Positions 9,027-18,227 of a stretch of DNA of 64,000 nt are shown here, piece by piece. A program made the translations under genes and the position numbers. The notes under the pieces were generated by a model. It saw only the letters and a list, made by a program, of their open reading frames with translations. It made no database searches and was not told where the DNA came from. This DNA comes from a virus. Location: the IMG/VR virus record IMGVR_UViG_3300045988_162372; one strand, written 5' to 3'. Position 1 is the first letter of the stretch. The number at the start of each line of letters is the position of its first letter.

Positions 9027-10232
9027 TCAATCTTTTATCTCAAAAACGTCTTTAGCAGTAACTTGTTTCGGCTTTTCTTTCCTGTTTATCTTTTCATATT
9101 TCTCATCAATAATTATCAAATCTTTCCATTTGTCAAGTAGACCTGAATTATTAAGAAAGAATTTCCTTATGTTGTAAGTGTTATAATGCTTCATATAACC
9201 AATATACGAGTTAACGGTCATTATAAGTTTATCCAATCTCTTTTCATCAGGATTATTGAATAAGTTTCTCAATTTATAATACAATGAACCTTTTGTTCTA
9301 TTCAAAACATATATTCTATTGGGTTTTATAACACTTCCAATAAACTGCACACCTTTTGTATAATGTTGAAAATATCTTTTATTTGGATGAATTGTCAATT
9401 TCAATTCCCTTTGGGCAAATTCAATTATCTTGTCCACCGAACTTTTCAATTTCTCTTTATCCGAGGATACTATCATAAAGTCATCAACATATCTGCCATA
9501 ATATTTAAAACCAAGCGTTTCCTTGATAAATCTATCGAGTTTTGTCAAAAAGAAATTGGCAAAAATCTGTGATGTCAAATTACCAATGGGTAGTCCTCTT
9601 TCATATCCTACATTAAACAAACTCTTATTGGAGTCTAATTTAGCCCATAACGACTGGTCACCTCTTTTCTCGCAATTTAATTCTGGATGATGTAGAACAA
9701 TCTGTTTGCATAATTCCCTAAGTTTCTCTTTCTTCCTATCATTTTCATAATATTCCACAATAAAATCGTCTATCATATCAGCCAATAACTGCTTATTAAT
9801 GCTCATAAAGAACGACTTTATATCCATCTTTAAAATCCAAGCATCCTTTGTATAATTCTCGGTACATTCCTTTATATACTCAAACATTGTTTTAACGCCA
9901 TACAATACACCCTTGCCCTCCATACACGAAAAGCTTTCTTTGATAAAATATTTTTCAAAATATGGCATTAATTCCTTGATGACAAGATGGTGTACAATTC
10001 TATCCCTGAAATCGGCAGCAAATACCTCACGATAAACTGGAAATGTAACAACAAATGCTATTGACTTACCAATTTCGTATGTTCCATCGTTAATATCATC
10101 ACATAAACGTGTGACTTTTTCTATATAGTCAATTTCGAACTCTCGTGCATTACTTGTATTTCTTTTGTTCTTAATACAATCTTCATACGCCTCGAAAACC
10201 TCACCGTAGCTAAAACAATATGCTTTTGCCAT
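9027..10232 (-). CDS. DGR reverse transcriptase
   Basis: 401 aa with YVDDF catalytic motif and the DGR-typical LPIGNLTSQ motif. It lies immediately downstream of a TR. Confidence 0.9.
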   Translation of the reverse strand: MAKAYCFSYGEVFEAYEDCIKNKRNTSNAREFEIDYIEKVTRLCDDINDGTYEIGKSIAFVVTFPVYREVFAADFRDRIVHHLVIKELMPYFEKYFIKESFSCMEGKGVLYGVKTMFEYIKECTENYTKDAWILKMDIKSFFMSINKQLLADMIDDFIVEYYENDRKKEKLRELCKQIVLHHPELNCEKRGDQSLWAKLDSNKSLFNVGYERGLPIGNLTSQIFANFFLTKLDRFIKETLGFKYYGRYVDDFMIVSSDKEKLKSSVDKIIEFAQRELKLTIHPNKRYFQHYTKGVQFIGSVIKPNRIYVLNRTKGSLYYKLRNLFNNPDEKRLDKLIMTVNSYIGYMKHYNTYNIRKFFLNNSGLLDKWKDLIIIDEKYEKINRKEKPKQVTAKDVFEIKD

Positions 10233-10270
10233 ATAGTGTTTATGAATTAATTATTTTATACATAAATAAA

Positions 10271-10295
10271 GGTTGGCTGTAAATTATAGCCAACC
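10271..10295 (-). other. hairpin in the TR-RT spacer (candidate DGR RNA spacer structure)
   Basis: ggttggct / agccaacc, an 8-bp stem with a 9-nt loop, between TR and the RT start. Confidence 0.5.
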
Positions 10296-10350
10296 AAATC
10301 ATCCTTTTTGGGGATTAATTTCTGTAAAAAAACAGCCTGTGCATTTTATA

Positions 10351-10475
10351 ATCAAAGGAAGGACGCACGTAATTGCTATTCCACTTATTGTTCCAATTGT
10401 TCAGATTCGCATTGTTCGTATTGCAATTCCAAGCATTCGTGGAGCTATTCTCGGCAGAAGCCCAGTAATTCGTAC
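10351..10475 (-). repeat. DGR template repeat (TR)
   Basis: 125 nt align without gaps to 11221-11345. All 21 mismatches are T on the + strand (A on the coding strand) in this copy. Its translation is Asn-rich (NSSTNAWNCNTNNANLNNWNNKWNSNYVRPSF). Confidence 0.9.
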
Positions 10476-10646
10476 ATTGTGCTATCTGGAATACATCAAT
10501 CAAGACATATTATTAACGACCCTTTCGAGCTGTGTAGCACCCTTATAAAATTTCGCCGAATGGGATTCGGTAATCTTTCACAAGCTTCGGTCTCTCCTGT
10601 TTGCATGATTTTCTAATCACTTAACGCAAAACAAAACTCTGCCTTT

Positions 10647-11036
10647 TCAATGATAAATAGTTTCTTGTTTTGAAAAATTTGCGGTTTTTTCGGTAAAACC
10701 TCTCCATTTTATGAATTGTTCATGTATATTTTTCATCAATGGGTAAATGTTGGAAAATTCCTTTGCACTTAATAGCTTTAAATCTATACATAATTTCATG
10801 CACAACTTTATATTCTCAAAATAACACTGGAATTGTTTCATATATTTTAATCTCTCTGACATATTCTCCGTAGTGTTAATTATGTTAATCAAAGACAACA
10901 TTCTAATTGCAGATCGTTTTGCTTCTTCACCAATTATATATTTATAAGATTTATTAATTTTATTTATTTTCGGTAATAATAATTTTACCATCTCATAGGA
11001 GTCAACAAAAATCTGTAGTTTTGTATAATGTCCCAT
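10647..11036 (-). CDS. avd: DGR accessory variability determinant (Avd-like four-helix-bundle protein)
   Basis: 129 aa, helical and basic, in the canonical position between target and TR. Confidence 0.7.
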   Translation of the reverse strand: MGHYTKLQIFVDSYEMVKLLLPKINKINKSYKYIIGEEAKRSAIRMLSLINIINTTENMSERLKYMKQFQCYFENIKLCMKLCIDLKLLSAKEFSNIYPLMKNIHEQFIKWRGFTEKTANFSKQETIYH

Positions 11037-11084
11037 AATACTTGTTTCATTTTTTATTTTTATTATTTATGTGGAAATTAAAAG

Positions 11085-11115
11085 TTCTATGCGCTCGCTA
11101 CACTCACGCATAGAA
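11085..11115 (-). other. hairpin between the DGR target and avd
   Basis: ttctatgcg / cgcatagaa, a 9-bp stem with a 13-nt loop. Confidence 0.5.
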
Positions 11116-11138
11116 ACTTCAGCCTTTCATTACAATTA

Positions 11139-11162
11139 ATTGTGGGGATTTATCCCCACAAT
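11139..11162 (-). other. near-perfect palindrome/hairpin 43 nt downstream of the target stop (terminator and/or DGR homing-associated hairpin)
   Basis: attgtggggat tt atccccacaat, an 11-nt inverted repeat. Confidence 0.6.
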
Positions 11163-11205
11163 AAACAAGCGTTGCTTGCTAAATACGCTTAAGGCTAATA
11201 GAGGC

Positions 11206-13848
11206 TTAATCAGCCTCAATAGCAAAGGAAGGACGCACGTAATAGCTACCCCACTTAATGCCCCAAAAGCCCAGAAGCGCATAGTTCGTACCGCAATGCC
11301 AAGCATACGTGGAGCTACCCTCGGCAGAAGCCCAGTAAGTCGTACCATCTCTCATTGGATAGCAATTTCCTGTAGTATAACCACCTTCACCTGCAATAAT
11401 CTTATCACATGCTTTCTTTATAAGATACATTTGAGTAAATTGATCCCATAAATCTGCTCCGTCAGGTAAGAAACAACGTTTATTGGCAACACTACCAGAA
11501 CCGTGTGATGTAAGATTGTACATATTTACGAATTCCACTGCATCATACTTATCAGTACCAGTCTTCAAGTAGCCACTTTCTGCTGTATATGTCGCCATAC
11601 TTTTATCTACACGCCAATCATTGATAGCCTTTGTATATGCTTCACCATTATAACGAGTGGTATTTCTAGTTGCTGTTGCACCTTCTTCATCCCATGTAAA
11701 TTTATTGTAGCCAACTTCTACATTTGATGTATTGGTAATCGTTGTGATATCCTCAGCATTTACTTGTCCATTCGTCCACTGTCTTGTAGTGTCGTTTAAT
11801 ACAGTTGCATAAATCTTATGAACCGCACCACCCGCATCACTTGCAACTACGTTGCCAGCACCATTTGCAATAGTCGGTGTTGAAACAGTAGGATTAATAT
11901 AAGTATCTGCATACACAATACCAATGGGTACATTACTTGAACTATATTTATAGTCTTTAGGATCTACCATCGTGTTATCGGCAAGAACAATTGCACCAAC
12001 TTTACCTTCAGAGAATTTTCTGTTGCCATCACCTCCTAATTCAAGACAAACAGTATTATTATCGGAAAGATTTGTTTTTGCAAAAGCACCATACCATCTT
12101 TGAATACCTTCATAAGTATTCCAATCAGGATTAGCTTCTGGAAGAGCAGATGCAAGTGCTGTACATCCGCCAAAAATGCCTCTTGCATTAGCAACCTTCA
12201 AGTTTGCAAGACAAGTTGCAGGAATTGAAGTAAGACTTGTGCAGTTACCAAACATTCTTTCCATCATAAGGTTTTTACCAGTCATTGCTTCAAGCAATCC
12301 ACTAGGAATTGAAGTAATACCGCTACCATAGAAAGCATCTCTACAGTTAATATTATCTGACTTGATATTATAGAAAGCATCAGAAGCAAATCCTGTAATA
12401 CCCTTACAGTTGTAGAAAGCCTGTCTCATATCAGTTAATTTACTTAAACCTCCAATAAATTCTCTATCAACTGTACCAGTGATCGATGTACAACCATAGA
12501 ATAAACGATATATAGTCGTTACATTAGGACAATCAGCGAACAAATCAGATGAAATCTCACCATTCATTTTTGAACAATTTGCAAATACTTCTGACGCATT
12601 CGTAAGTGCTGTTAACCCTGCAAACATTCCAGTAGGTATTGAGCCAGTCATATTGGTATTATAAGCAAACATACCTGCTACGGTTGTTACGTTAGGACAA
12701 CCATCAATTATTTTAATAGGTATAGGCTCTGTTAATCCTGTGCAATCTCTAAAAGTATAAGAAAAGTCTGTTGCTTTTTCACATCCACTAAACAATCCTT
12801 TATTAGTATTTGCATTAAACGGCAAACTCTTTAATGAAGTACATTTTCTAAATGCATATGAAAAACTGGTAACATCAATGAACGAGTTAGTAGTGTCATA
12901 CATAGGGATATCAGCTAGTTTACTACATCCTCTAAATGCTGATTCCATATTTGTAAGCAATGTATTACCCCACGCAATAACAGCAATTAAATAATTTCTC
13001 ATTGCATAATTGTCACTATTAACGATATTAGTACCATCAGAATCCTGAACATATTCACCATCTTCAACCCAATTGGATTGATCATCGCCTTGTGTATAAA
13101 TTCTCTTGTAAGTACCATTGATAGTTACGTCATATACACCTGCACTTGCATAAGTATGCCAAATAGCTGCTTTATTATCAGCATAAGATTTTGCTTCATC
13201 AAAAATGCATTCAGGACTACCATCACCCCAGTCAACCGTATAACTATAAGTTGCTGTTGTACTTGGTTCAAAACTACCATCATCGCCGACTGACATTGTT
13301 GAGATACCGCTCTCTGTAACGCTATAGCCTAAATTTTCAGCAGCAGCTATGAATTCAGCAGCTTCTTCTTCCGAAAGATAATTATCAATATCATTCATAG
13401 GAATAGTAAAGTTACCATCCATGATGGTATTCCCATATACATCCTGAATTAAATGTTCACTATAATCTGGCTCATTATCTACAGGTTCTGCTGTATCGCC
13501 AGGATTTAAGTCCATAGTTGCAGGATCCATAGCAATAAGTTCTTTTGCAATCGTATTTAACGTTGCACCATTGTTACCTGCTACACCAAACTGCATAGGA
13601 AGTACAACTGTACGTTTGTATGTCGTTGTAGCTTCTGGAATTTGGAATTCCAACACCATAGCGTTGGCACTTTTCAAACGTCTGATAAGTTCTGCATAAC
13701 GGGCAAATGTTTCCGTATCACTCACATTAGTAATACCATTAAAACGCAACGCATTTGCAATATCTTCTTTTGAGCTTGCAATATTTGCCTTTGCACCTTC
13801 AAGCTCCTGATATACAGCTTCAAGTTTTGTTTTTATTACGTTCGACAT
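11206..13848 (-). CDS. DGR target: putative receptor-binding/tail-fibre protein with BspA-type leucine-rich repeats and a C-terminal variable lectin-like domain
   Basis: 880 aa. The central part has repeated F..C..L..I/P units (FRGCSKLADIP, FRKCTSLKSLP, FGNCTSLTSIP). The C-terminus ...YWASAEGSSTYAWHCGTNYALLGFWGIKWGSYYVRPSF is encoded by the VR. Confidence 0.85.
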   Translation of the reverse strand: MSNVIKTKLEAVYQELEGAKANIASSKEDIANALRFNGITNVSDTETFARYAELIRRLKSANAMVLEFQIPEATTTYKRTVVLPMQFGVAGNNGATLNTIAKELIAMDPATMDLNPGDTAEPVDNEPDYSEHLIQDVYGNTIMDGNFTIPMNDIDNYLSEEEAAEFIAAAENLGYSVTESGISTMSVGDDGSFEPSTTATYSYTVDWGDGSPECIFDEAKSYADNKAAIWHTYASAGVYDVTINGTYKRIYTQGDDQSNWVEDGEYVQDSDGTNIVNSDNYAMRNYLIAVIAWGNTLLTNMESAFRGCSKLADIPMYDTTNSFIDVTSFSYAFRKCTSLKSLPFNANTNKGLFSGCEKATDFSYTFRDCTGLTEPIPIKIIDGCPNVTTVAGMFAYNTNMTGSIPTGMFAGLTALTNASEVFANCSKMNGEISSDLFADCPNVTTIYRLFYGCTSITGTVDREFIGGLSKLTDMRQAFYNCKGITGFASDAFYNIKSDNINCRDAFYGSGITSIPSGLLEAMTGKNLMMERMFGNCTSLTSIPATCLANLKVANARGIFGGCTALASALPEANPDWNTYEGIQRWYGAFAKTNLSDNNTVCLELGGDGNRKFSEGKVGAIVLADNTMVDPKDYKYSSSNVPIGIVYADTYINPTVSTPTIANGAGNVVASDAGGAVHKIYATVLNDTTRQWTNGQVNAEDITTITNTSNVEVGYNKFTWDEEGATATRNTTRYNGEAYTKAINDWRVDKSMATYTAESGYLKTGTDKYDAVEFVNMYNLTSHGSGSVANKRCFLPDGADLWDQFTQMYLIKKACDKIIAGEGGYTTGNCYPMRDGTTYWASAEGSSTYAWHCGTNYALLGFWGIKWGSYYVRPSFAIEAD
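11221..11345 (-). repeat. DGR variable repeat (VR)
   Basis: It ends 12 nt before the target stop codon. The 3' 23 nt (11221-11243 region, acgtgcgtccttcctttg on the - strand) are identical to the TR and GC-rich, like an IMH (initiation of mutagenic homing) element. Confidence 0.9.
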
Positions 13849-13890
13849 AATTTGATAAAAATCTATTGTTATTATGTTATTATTTTATAA

Positions 13891-14478
13891 TTAGATGGTT
13901 AATTGAGAATGTATCTCTTGCGCACGAGGCATCAATGTGCCATCAATATAAGATATTGCTTCATTGATTTCTTGCTCAACAGCACCTACTCTATTCTCCA
14001 ACGCTTGCAGGTTTTCGATTGCGCCACCAGTCATCTCGCTGATTTTCTGATTAAGCACAATACCTTGTGCGGCAGACAATGCAACATCACTTGAATTGGT
14101 TGTAAGGTTGTTAGCGACACCACCATTAGCTGCATTGTTTAATTTTGTATCCAGTTCTGCCTGTTGTGCGGTAGAAATAGGTTTGTCTACGTCTGATGTG
14201 TTATCCACATTCCCAAGACCAACTTGTTCTTTGGTCACACCGTGAGGATTGTCATTACGTGCTTCATGCATAGCAAGAGATTCGCCGATTGTCTGCATCA
14301 TACCGTTTATCAATACACTTACTACTTCATCATCGGCATTCTTTGTGGATAGTGTTTCAACACCAGAAGCGTAGTTGATAGCAATCTCACCATAATTCAA
14401 TTGGTCTGCGGTAGGTATTTTAGGATTTCCATCCTCAAGTACTACATTGCTTCGTTTGTTTAAAACTGTTCTACTCAT
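13891..14478 (-). CDS. tail-fibre-associated protein
   Basis: 195 aa. NPHGVTKEQVGLGNVDNTSDVDKPISTAQQ is the common phage tail-fibre repeat motif. Confidence 0.6.
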   Translation of the reverse strand: MSRTVLNKRSNVVLEDGNPKIPTADQLNYGEIAINYASGVETLSTKNADDEVVSVLINGMMQTIGESLAMHEARNDNPHGVTKEQVGLGNVDNTSDVDKPISTAQQAELDTKLNNAANGGVANNLTTNSSDVALSAAQGIVLNQKISEMTGGAIENLQALENRVGAVEQEINEAISYIDGTLMPRAQEIHSQLTI

Positions 14479-14514
14479 TGATTACTTTTGATTTTTAATA
14501 AATTAGATTATTTT

Positions 14515-14862
14515 TTAGACATTATCTTCACACCATTTGATACGTGCCTCTAATGCACTTGTATCTTGTGCTTGCCAAGCATCTATTGTATTATTCATTG
14601 AATAGCCTTGTGCCGCACTCCACGGAACTTGTGATAGATCAATACTCTGGCTTTCCTCTGTGGAATTGTAGATGTCAGAGATGTCCATTTTCTTTGATAG
14701 TGCCTCAGACAATGCTGTGGAAATAGGTTTGTTTGCGTCTGCAACATTCTCAACCTTGTCCAGACCCCATATTTGTGCGTTTGTTACCTCATGAGGATTA
14801 CTTGCAGCAATATGGGCATCATACTGTGTTTTTAATTCGTTAGGGTTTAATGGCATTTCCAC
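14515..14862 (-). CDS. tail-fibre-associated protein
   Basis: 115 aa carrying the same motif in variant form: NPHEVTNAQIWGLDKVENVADANKPISTAL. Confidence 0.55.
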   Translation of the reverse strand: MEMPLNPNELKTQYDAHIAASNPHEVTNAQIWGLDKVENVADANKPISTALSEALSKKMDISDIYNSTEESQSIDLSQVPWSAAQGYSMNNTIDAWQAQDTSALEARIKWCEDNV

Positions 14863-15331
14863 TTTTTTTAATTGTTATTATTCATAAGATTTCTCTTTTT
14901 CATCTAATTTCGGCACAAAAATAGAAAGAACCAACAAACTATTATATGCCTTCTATGAATTAATAGTCTATCAGCCTTTGCAATTTATATGGAGGTACGA
15001 ATGCCATTCCATATTTATATGCCGTCATGTATGAAACTGGTAATAACCACATAAGACTGATAATAATCAATCATTCATATATAAATATTGTGTTTTGACG
15101 AGAAATAATCAAGAAATCTTATAAAATATTCGTTTATTTTTTTAGTAACAATGAGTAATTCCAAGCATCAATAATATAATATTTTCAAGTAACTGATTAT
15201 ACATTAACGCTTTCTCACAATATTTATATTTCAGTTCAATATATTTGATATATAATTTCTCTTTAAGCATATATTTTCTTTTATTCTTTTCTATTATTAT
15301 ATACTTCACAATGTCTATTTTCAATAGTAAC

Positions 15332-15372
15332 AAAAAAAAAACGTGCGATGAAAATTAATCCCACCACACGTT
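15332..15372 (-). terminator. intrinsic terminator
   Basis: - strand: AACGTG...CACGTT stem followed by a T10 run. Confidence 0.6.
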
Positions 15373-15400
15373 TATAATGAATGATTATCAAATAATAATG

Positions 15401-15607
15401 TTATCTATTGTCATTCATCCATTTAATTGACTTATAGAGTTCGTTTATTGTCTTATCCTTAAAATGACTTTTTGAACTGATTTCTTTTATTAAACCCAGT
15501 ACCGTATCATTATGTGGATTATTCTTGTAGATTTTCTTGATTATATACTTTCGTTTCTCATCTGTCGTTTTCATATTTTCTTTTTTTCTATTTAATTTCT
15601 GTGCCAA
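15401..15607 (-). CDS. hypothetical protein
   Basis: 68 aa basic ORF. An alternative start is at 15574. Confidence 0.4.
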   Translation of the reverse strand: MAQKLNRKKENMKTTDEKRKYIIKKIYKNNPHNDTVLGLIKEISSKSHFKDKTINELYKSIKWMNDNR

Positions 15608-16469
15608 ATTCTATTGCTTTTGCATAAACCTCATCATTTTTCAAGTCAATATCCCCAATGGATGCCATACAATCCTTGAGAATGGTCATTTTCTTGCATA
15701 TCTCAGGCTTGTATGTAACAATATCCTTGATACTCTCCTTTACACAAAAGTCAGTTGCCACACCACAAATATAGACTTTATCATATGTGTTTAATTTATC
15801 TAACAATTGGGTATTCAAAGTGGTATCATTTGTTTCATTCTTAAATTCTACTGGCGCATAGAAATCACCTTCCACTTTCTTTGAAAGTATTTCTTCAGAT
15901 ATATTGCCTATTGTTGGAATGTTTGTTGTTTCAAGAATATAAGGTGTATATATGCATCCATCCGCTACGCTATATCCTGCCAATGGGATTTCTGCTTTGA
16001 ATATTGAATAATGTTCTGTATAAGGATTTGTTCCTTTCTTAATATATTCCACATTATCTTTATTCTCCAAAACTTTCTTTAACTCATTACATATTTCACA
16101 TCCCCATGTGTTTTCTACGCAATGTGGAGGCCATGCAATCAATTTTTTACCTTTTTTCTCCAATTCTTTCAGGTAAGCAATAAGATATGCCTTATAATAA
16201 TGCGCTCGTACTTTTTTGCTTAACACATCATCCAATGTTATCTCGGTAAACGGTTCAACGTGCTTGTTCTCGCTATCATACCAAAACTCCGTACTTGCAA
16301 TATTATTCTTTGGATGATAATCCCTTGAAACAAATATCTTATCAACATCATTCTCTTTTAGAAAATTTGCAATATTTTTTGCTACCTTATCTCCATTGGG
16401 AACACAAAGACTTCCATTTTTATGAATGAAGTCATTCTGCATATCAATTATGACAATTGCTGTTTTCAT
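15588..16469 (-). CDS. pncA: nicotinamidase / isochorismatase-family hydrolase
   Basis: 293 aa. VIIDMQNDF, DYHP, WPPHCV and ICGVATDFCV match the PncA catalytic pattern (Asp, Lys, Cys). Confidence 0.7.
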   Translation of the reverse strand: MKTAIVIIDMQNDFIHKNGSLCVPNGDKVAKNIANFLKENDVDKIFVSRDYHPKNNIASTEFWYDSENKHVEPFTEITLDDVLSKKVRAHYYKAYLIAYLKELEKKGKKLIAWPPHCVENTWGCEICNELKKVLENKDNVEYIKKGTNPYTEHYSIFKAEIPLAGYSVADGCIYTPYILETTNIPTIGNISEEILSKKVEGDFYAPVEFKNETNDTTLNTQLLDKLNTYDKVYICGVATDFCVKESIKDIVTYKPEICKKMTILKDCMASIGDIDLKNDEVYAKAIEFGTEIK

Positions 16470-16475
16470 TATTTT

Positions 16476-16754
16476 TCAGATTATAATTAAATTGTTAAAC
16501 ATATCTTTCAATTCAGTTAACGAGATAATCTTTGAATTTTCAGTATTCATAATATCATCAATTTCATTCTTGTCAATAATAACCTCATTGTTTTGTATTT
16601 CAATTAGTGTTACGTTGTTTTCATGTCTAATATACACACAATCGACAAGGACTCCTTTTATGCTATTAATATCCTTAATAATATAAATGAATTTCTCATT
16701 TTCATTTATATCAGTCAGGATTATATGTAATATATTATCGTTCCTTACTACCAT
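16476..16754 (-). CDS. hypothetical protein
   Basis: 92 aa ORF. Confidence 0.45.
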   Translation of the reverse strand: MVVRNDNILHIILTDINENEKFIYIIKDINSIKGVLVDCVYIRHENNVTLIEIQNNEVIIDKNEIDDIMNTENSKIISLTELKDMFNNLIII

Positions 16755-16822
16755 TGCGATTTATGTGGCATATCTTTTATACAACTATACCCATAACATA
16801 AGTATATGATAGTAATATTTTC

Positions 16823-17050
16823 TCAAAGTTTTTTCAAATTGATTATCTTGATTGGGTCTTGTTCCACTTTTCTCGTTGCGTAATGATAGATAACCACTAT
16901 TGAATCGTTAACTTTTATAACGTTAACATACCTATCTTCATATATGATATTCTTCCTCTGCTCCAGCCTTACTCGTTTAACGTCTTCATCTATACAAGAT
17001 GAAAAAGTAAACAAAGAACATAATACTATTAATGTAATTATTTTTCTCAT
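16823..17050 (-). CDS. small lipoprotein
   Basis: 75 aa with a MRKIITLIVLCSLFTFSSC lipobox-like signal. Confidence 0.5.
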   Translation of the reverse strand: MRKIITLIVLCSLFTFSSCIDEDVKRVRLEQRKNIIYEDRYVNVIKVNDSIVVIYHYATRKVEQDPIKIINLKKL

Positions 17051-17509
17051 TTATTTATTTGCAATCTTTTCAATCATATTATACAACTCCTCACCAATCT
17101 GGTTTTTGAAGTACCTTCCTTTTACAAAATCATTATATACTTGTTTTCTAATACGTTTCCTCGTCTTTCCATCAGCATATTGAGGGCAATTCGCCATAAC
17201 TAGAAAATCAAAATACCTGTTGATAATAATAGTTGCTGCCTGTGTCCTTGAAAGTTTAATGTTTGTTGCCCTTGCAAAGGGTGTTTCAATTGTTTTACTC
17301 ATTGTGTTGTCATTCATTTCTTTAATTGCTGACTTTCTAAACAATAAATCAAAATAATTATCATACCAATTGCCAAGAGATTTGATTGCTGCATCTATTA
17401 TGACTTTCTTTTTTTCATCAACTGGCTTCTTGTTACCATTTTCATCAAGGGTAACGAAAGGTATTCTATAATATTTGGTAAAATATTCCTTATATTCTTT
17501 TCTATCCAT
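17051..17509 (-). CDS. hypothetical protein
   Basis: 152 aa ORF abutting the downstream gene. Confidence 0.55.
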   Translation of the reverse strand: MDRKEYKEYFTKYYRIPFVTLDENGNKKPVDEKKKVIIDAAIKSLGNWYDNYFDLLFRKSAIKEMNDNTMSKTIETPFARATNIKLSRTQAATIIINRYFDFLVMANCPQYADGKTRKRIRKQVYNDFVKGRYFKNQIGEELYNMIEKIANK

Positions 17510-17530
17510 AATATATCTATATTTTTCTGA

Positions 17531-17920
17531 TTATTTTTGTTTCTTATCTCTAAAATTTGCATTAAATAAGTTCAATGCTTCAGACATACAAGCGATAAAA
17601 GTCGATTTATGTAATATGCTCCAACTTTTATCAACTAAAAACCAAGAGCCGTCATCTTCTCCCAATACTGCCGTGAAATAAGATTTATTTTTCTTGTCAA
17701 AGATGATTGCAACTCCTGTCTCATATAATGTCAATGCATACGCCCTTACTGTCTCGGTATCTTCATAATATCTTGCAACAATTCCTCCTTTCTCCATTGC
17801 ATGTTTGTAGCCTTTATAGACTTTGCCATTGTTAACAATGGAAATCTCTTCATAATCATCACTTTCTGGTGACCATGCCGTATCCTCTCTGATTATTCTG
17901 TCAATTTCTTGCCTATTCAT
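17531..17920 (-). CDS. hypothetical protein
   Basis: 129 aa ORF. Confidence 0.55.
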   Translation of the reverse strand: MNRQEIDRIIREDTAWSPESDDYEEISIVNNGKVYKGYKHAMEKGGIVARYYEDTETVRAYALTLYETGVAIIFDKKNKSYFTAVLGEDDGSWFLVDKSWSILHKSTFIACMSEALNLFNANFRDKKQK

Positions 17921-17926
17921 ATGTTC

Positions 17927-18208
17927 CTAATTATGCTCGCTCGTATCTGTTTCTTCTCCAAATATCTCAACAGCCATCTCTTTTGCTGATTTTTCACCCT
18001 TTCTCCGATGCATTTCACACATTCCATGTCCATCCCTTGAAATGTGTATAAGACCATCGTCAGACTCATCTTTGAACACACCACAATAATAACCCATCGG
18101 AAAATTGTCAACCACAAGTAGATAACGATGAATGCAATTACAACAACAATCACCATTATCTACCCATGATTTTCGACAATCCTTATCTGTGTAACTATTG
18201 ATTAACAT
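17927..18208 (-). CDS. hypothetical Cys-rich protein
   Basis: 93 aa with CCCNC...GMCEMH. Preferred over the overlapping alternative frame 17917-18156. Confidence 0.45.
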   Translation of the reverse strand: MLINSYTDKDCRKSWVDNGDCCCNCIHRYLLVVDNFPMGYYCGVFKDESDDGLIHISRDGHGMCEMHRRKGEKSAKEMAVEIFGEETDTSEHN

Positions 18209-18227
18209 AAGACAATAAATTCGACCA

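Noticed and set aside
10273-11451. Track ORFs 10273-10548, 10308-10616, 10315-10503, 11136-11348 and 11140-11451
   Set aside because: They are translations of the DGR TR or VR in various frames. The near-identical KGRTHVIA.PL peptides simply reflect the repeat.
17917-18156. Alternative-frame 79-aa ORF
   Set aside because: It overlaps 17927-18208, which has a more protein-like Cys/His pattern and fits the gene spacing.
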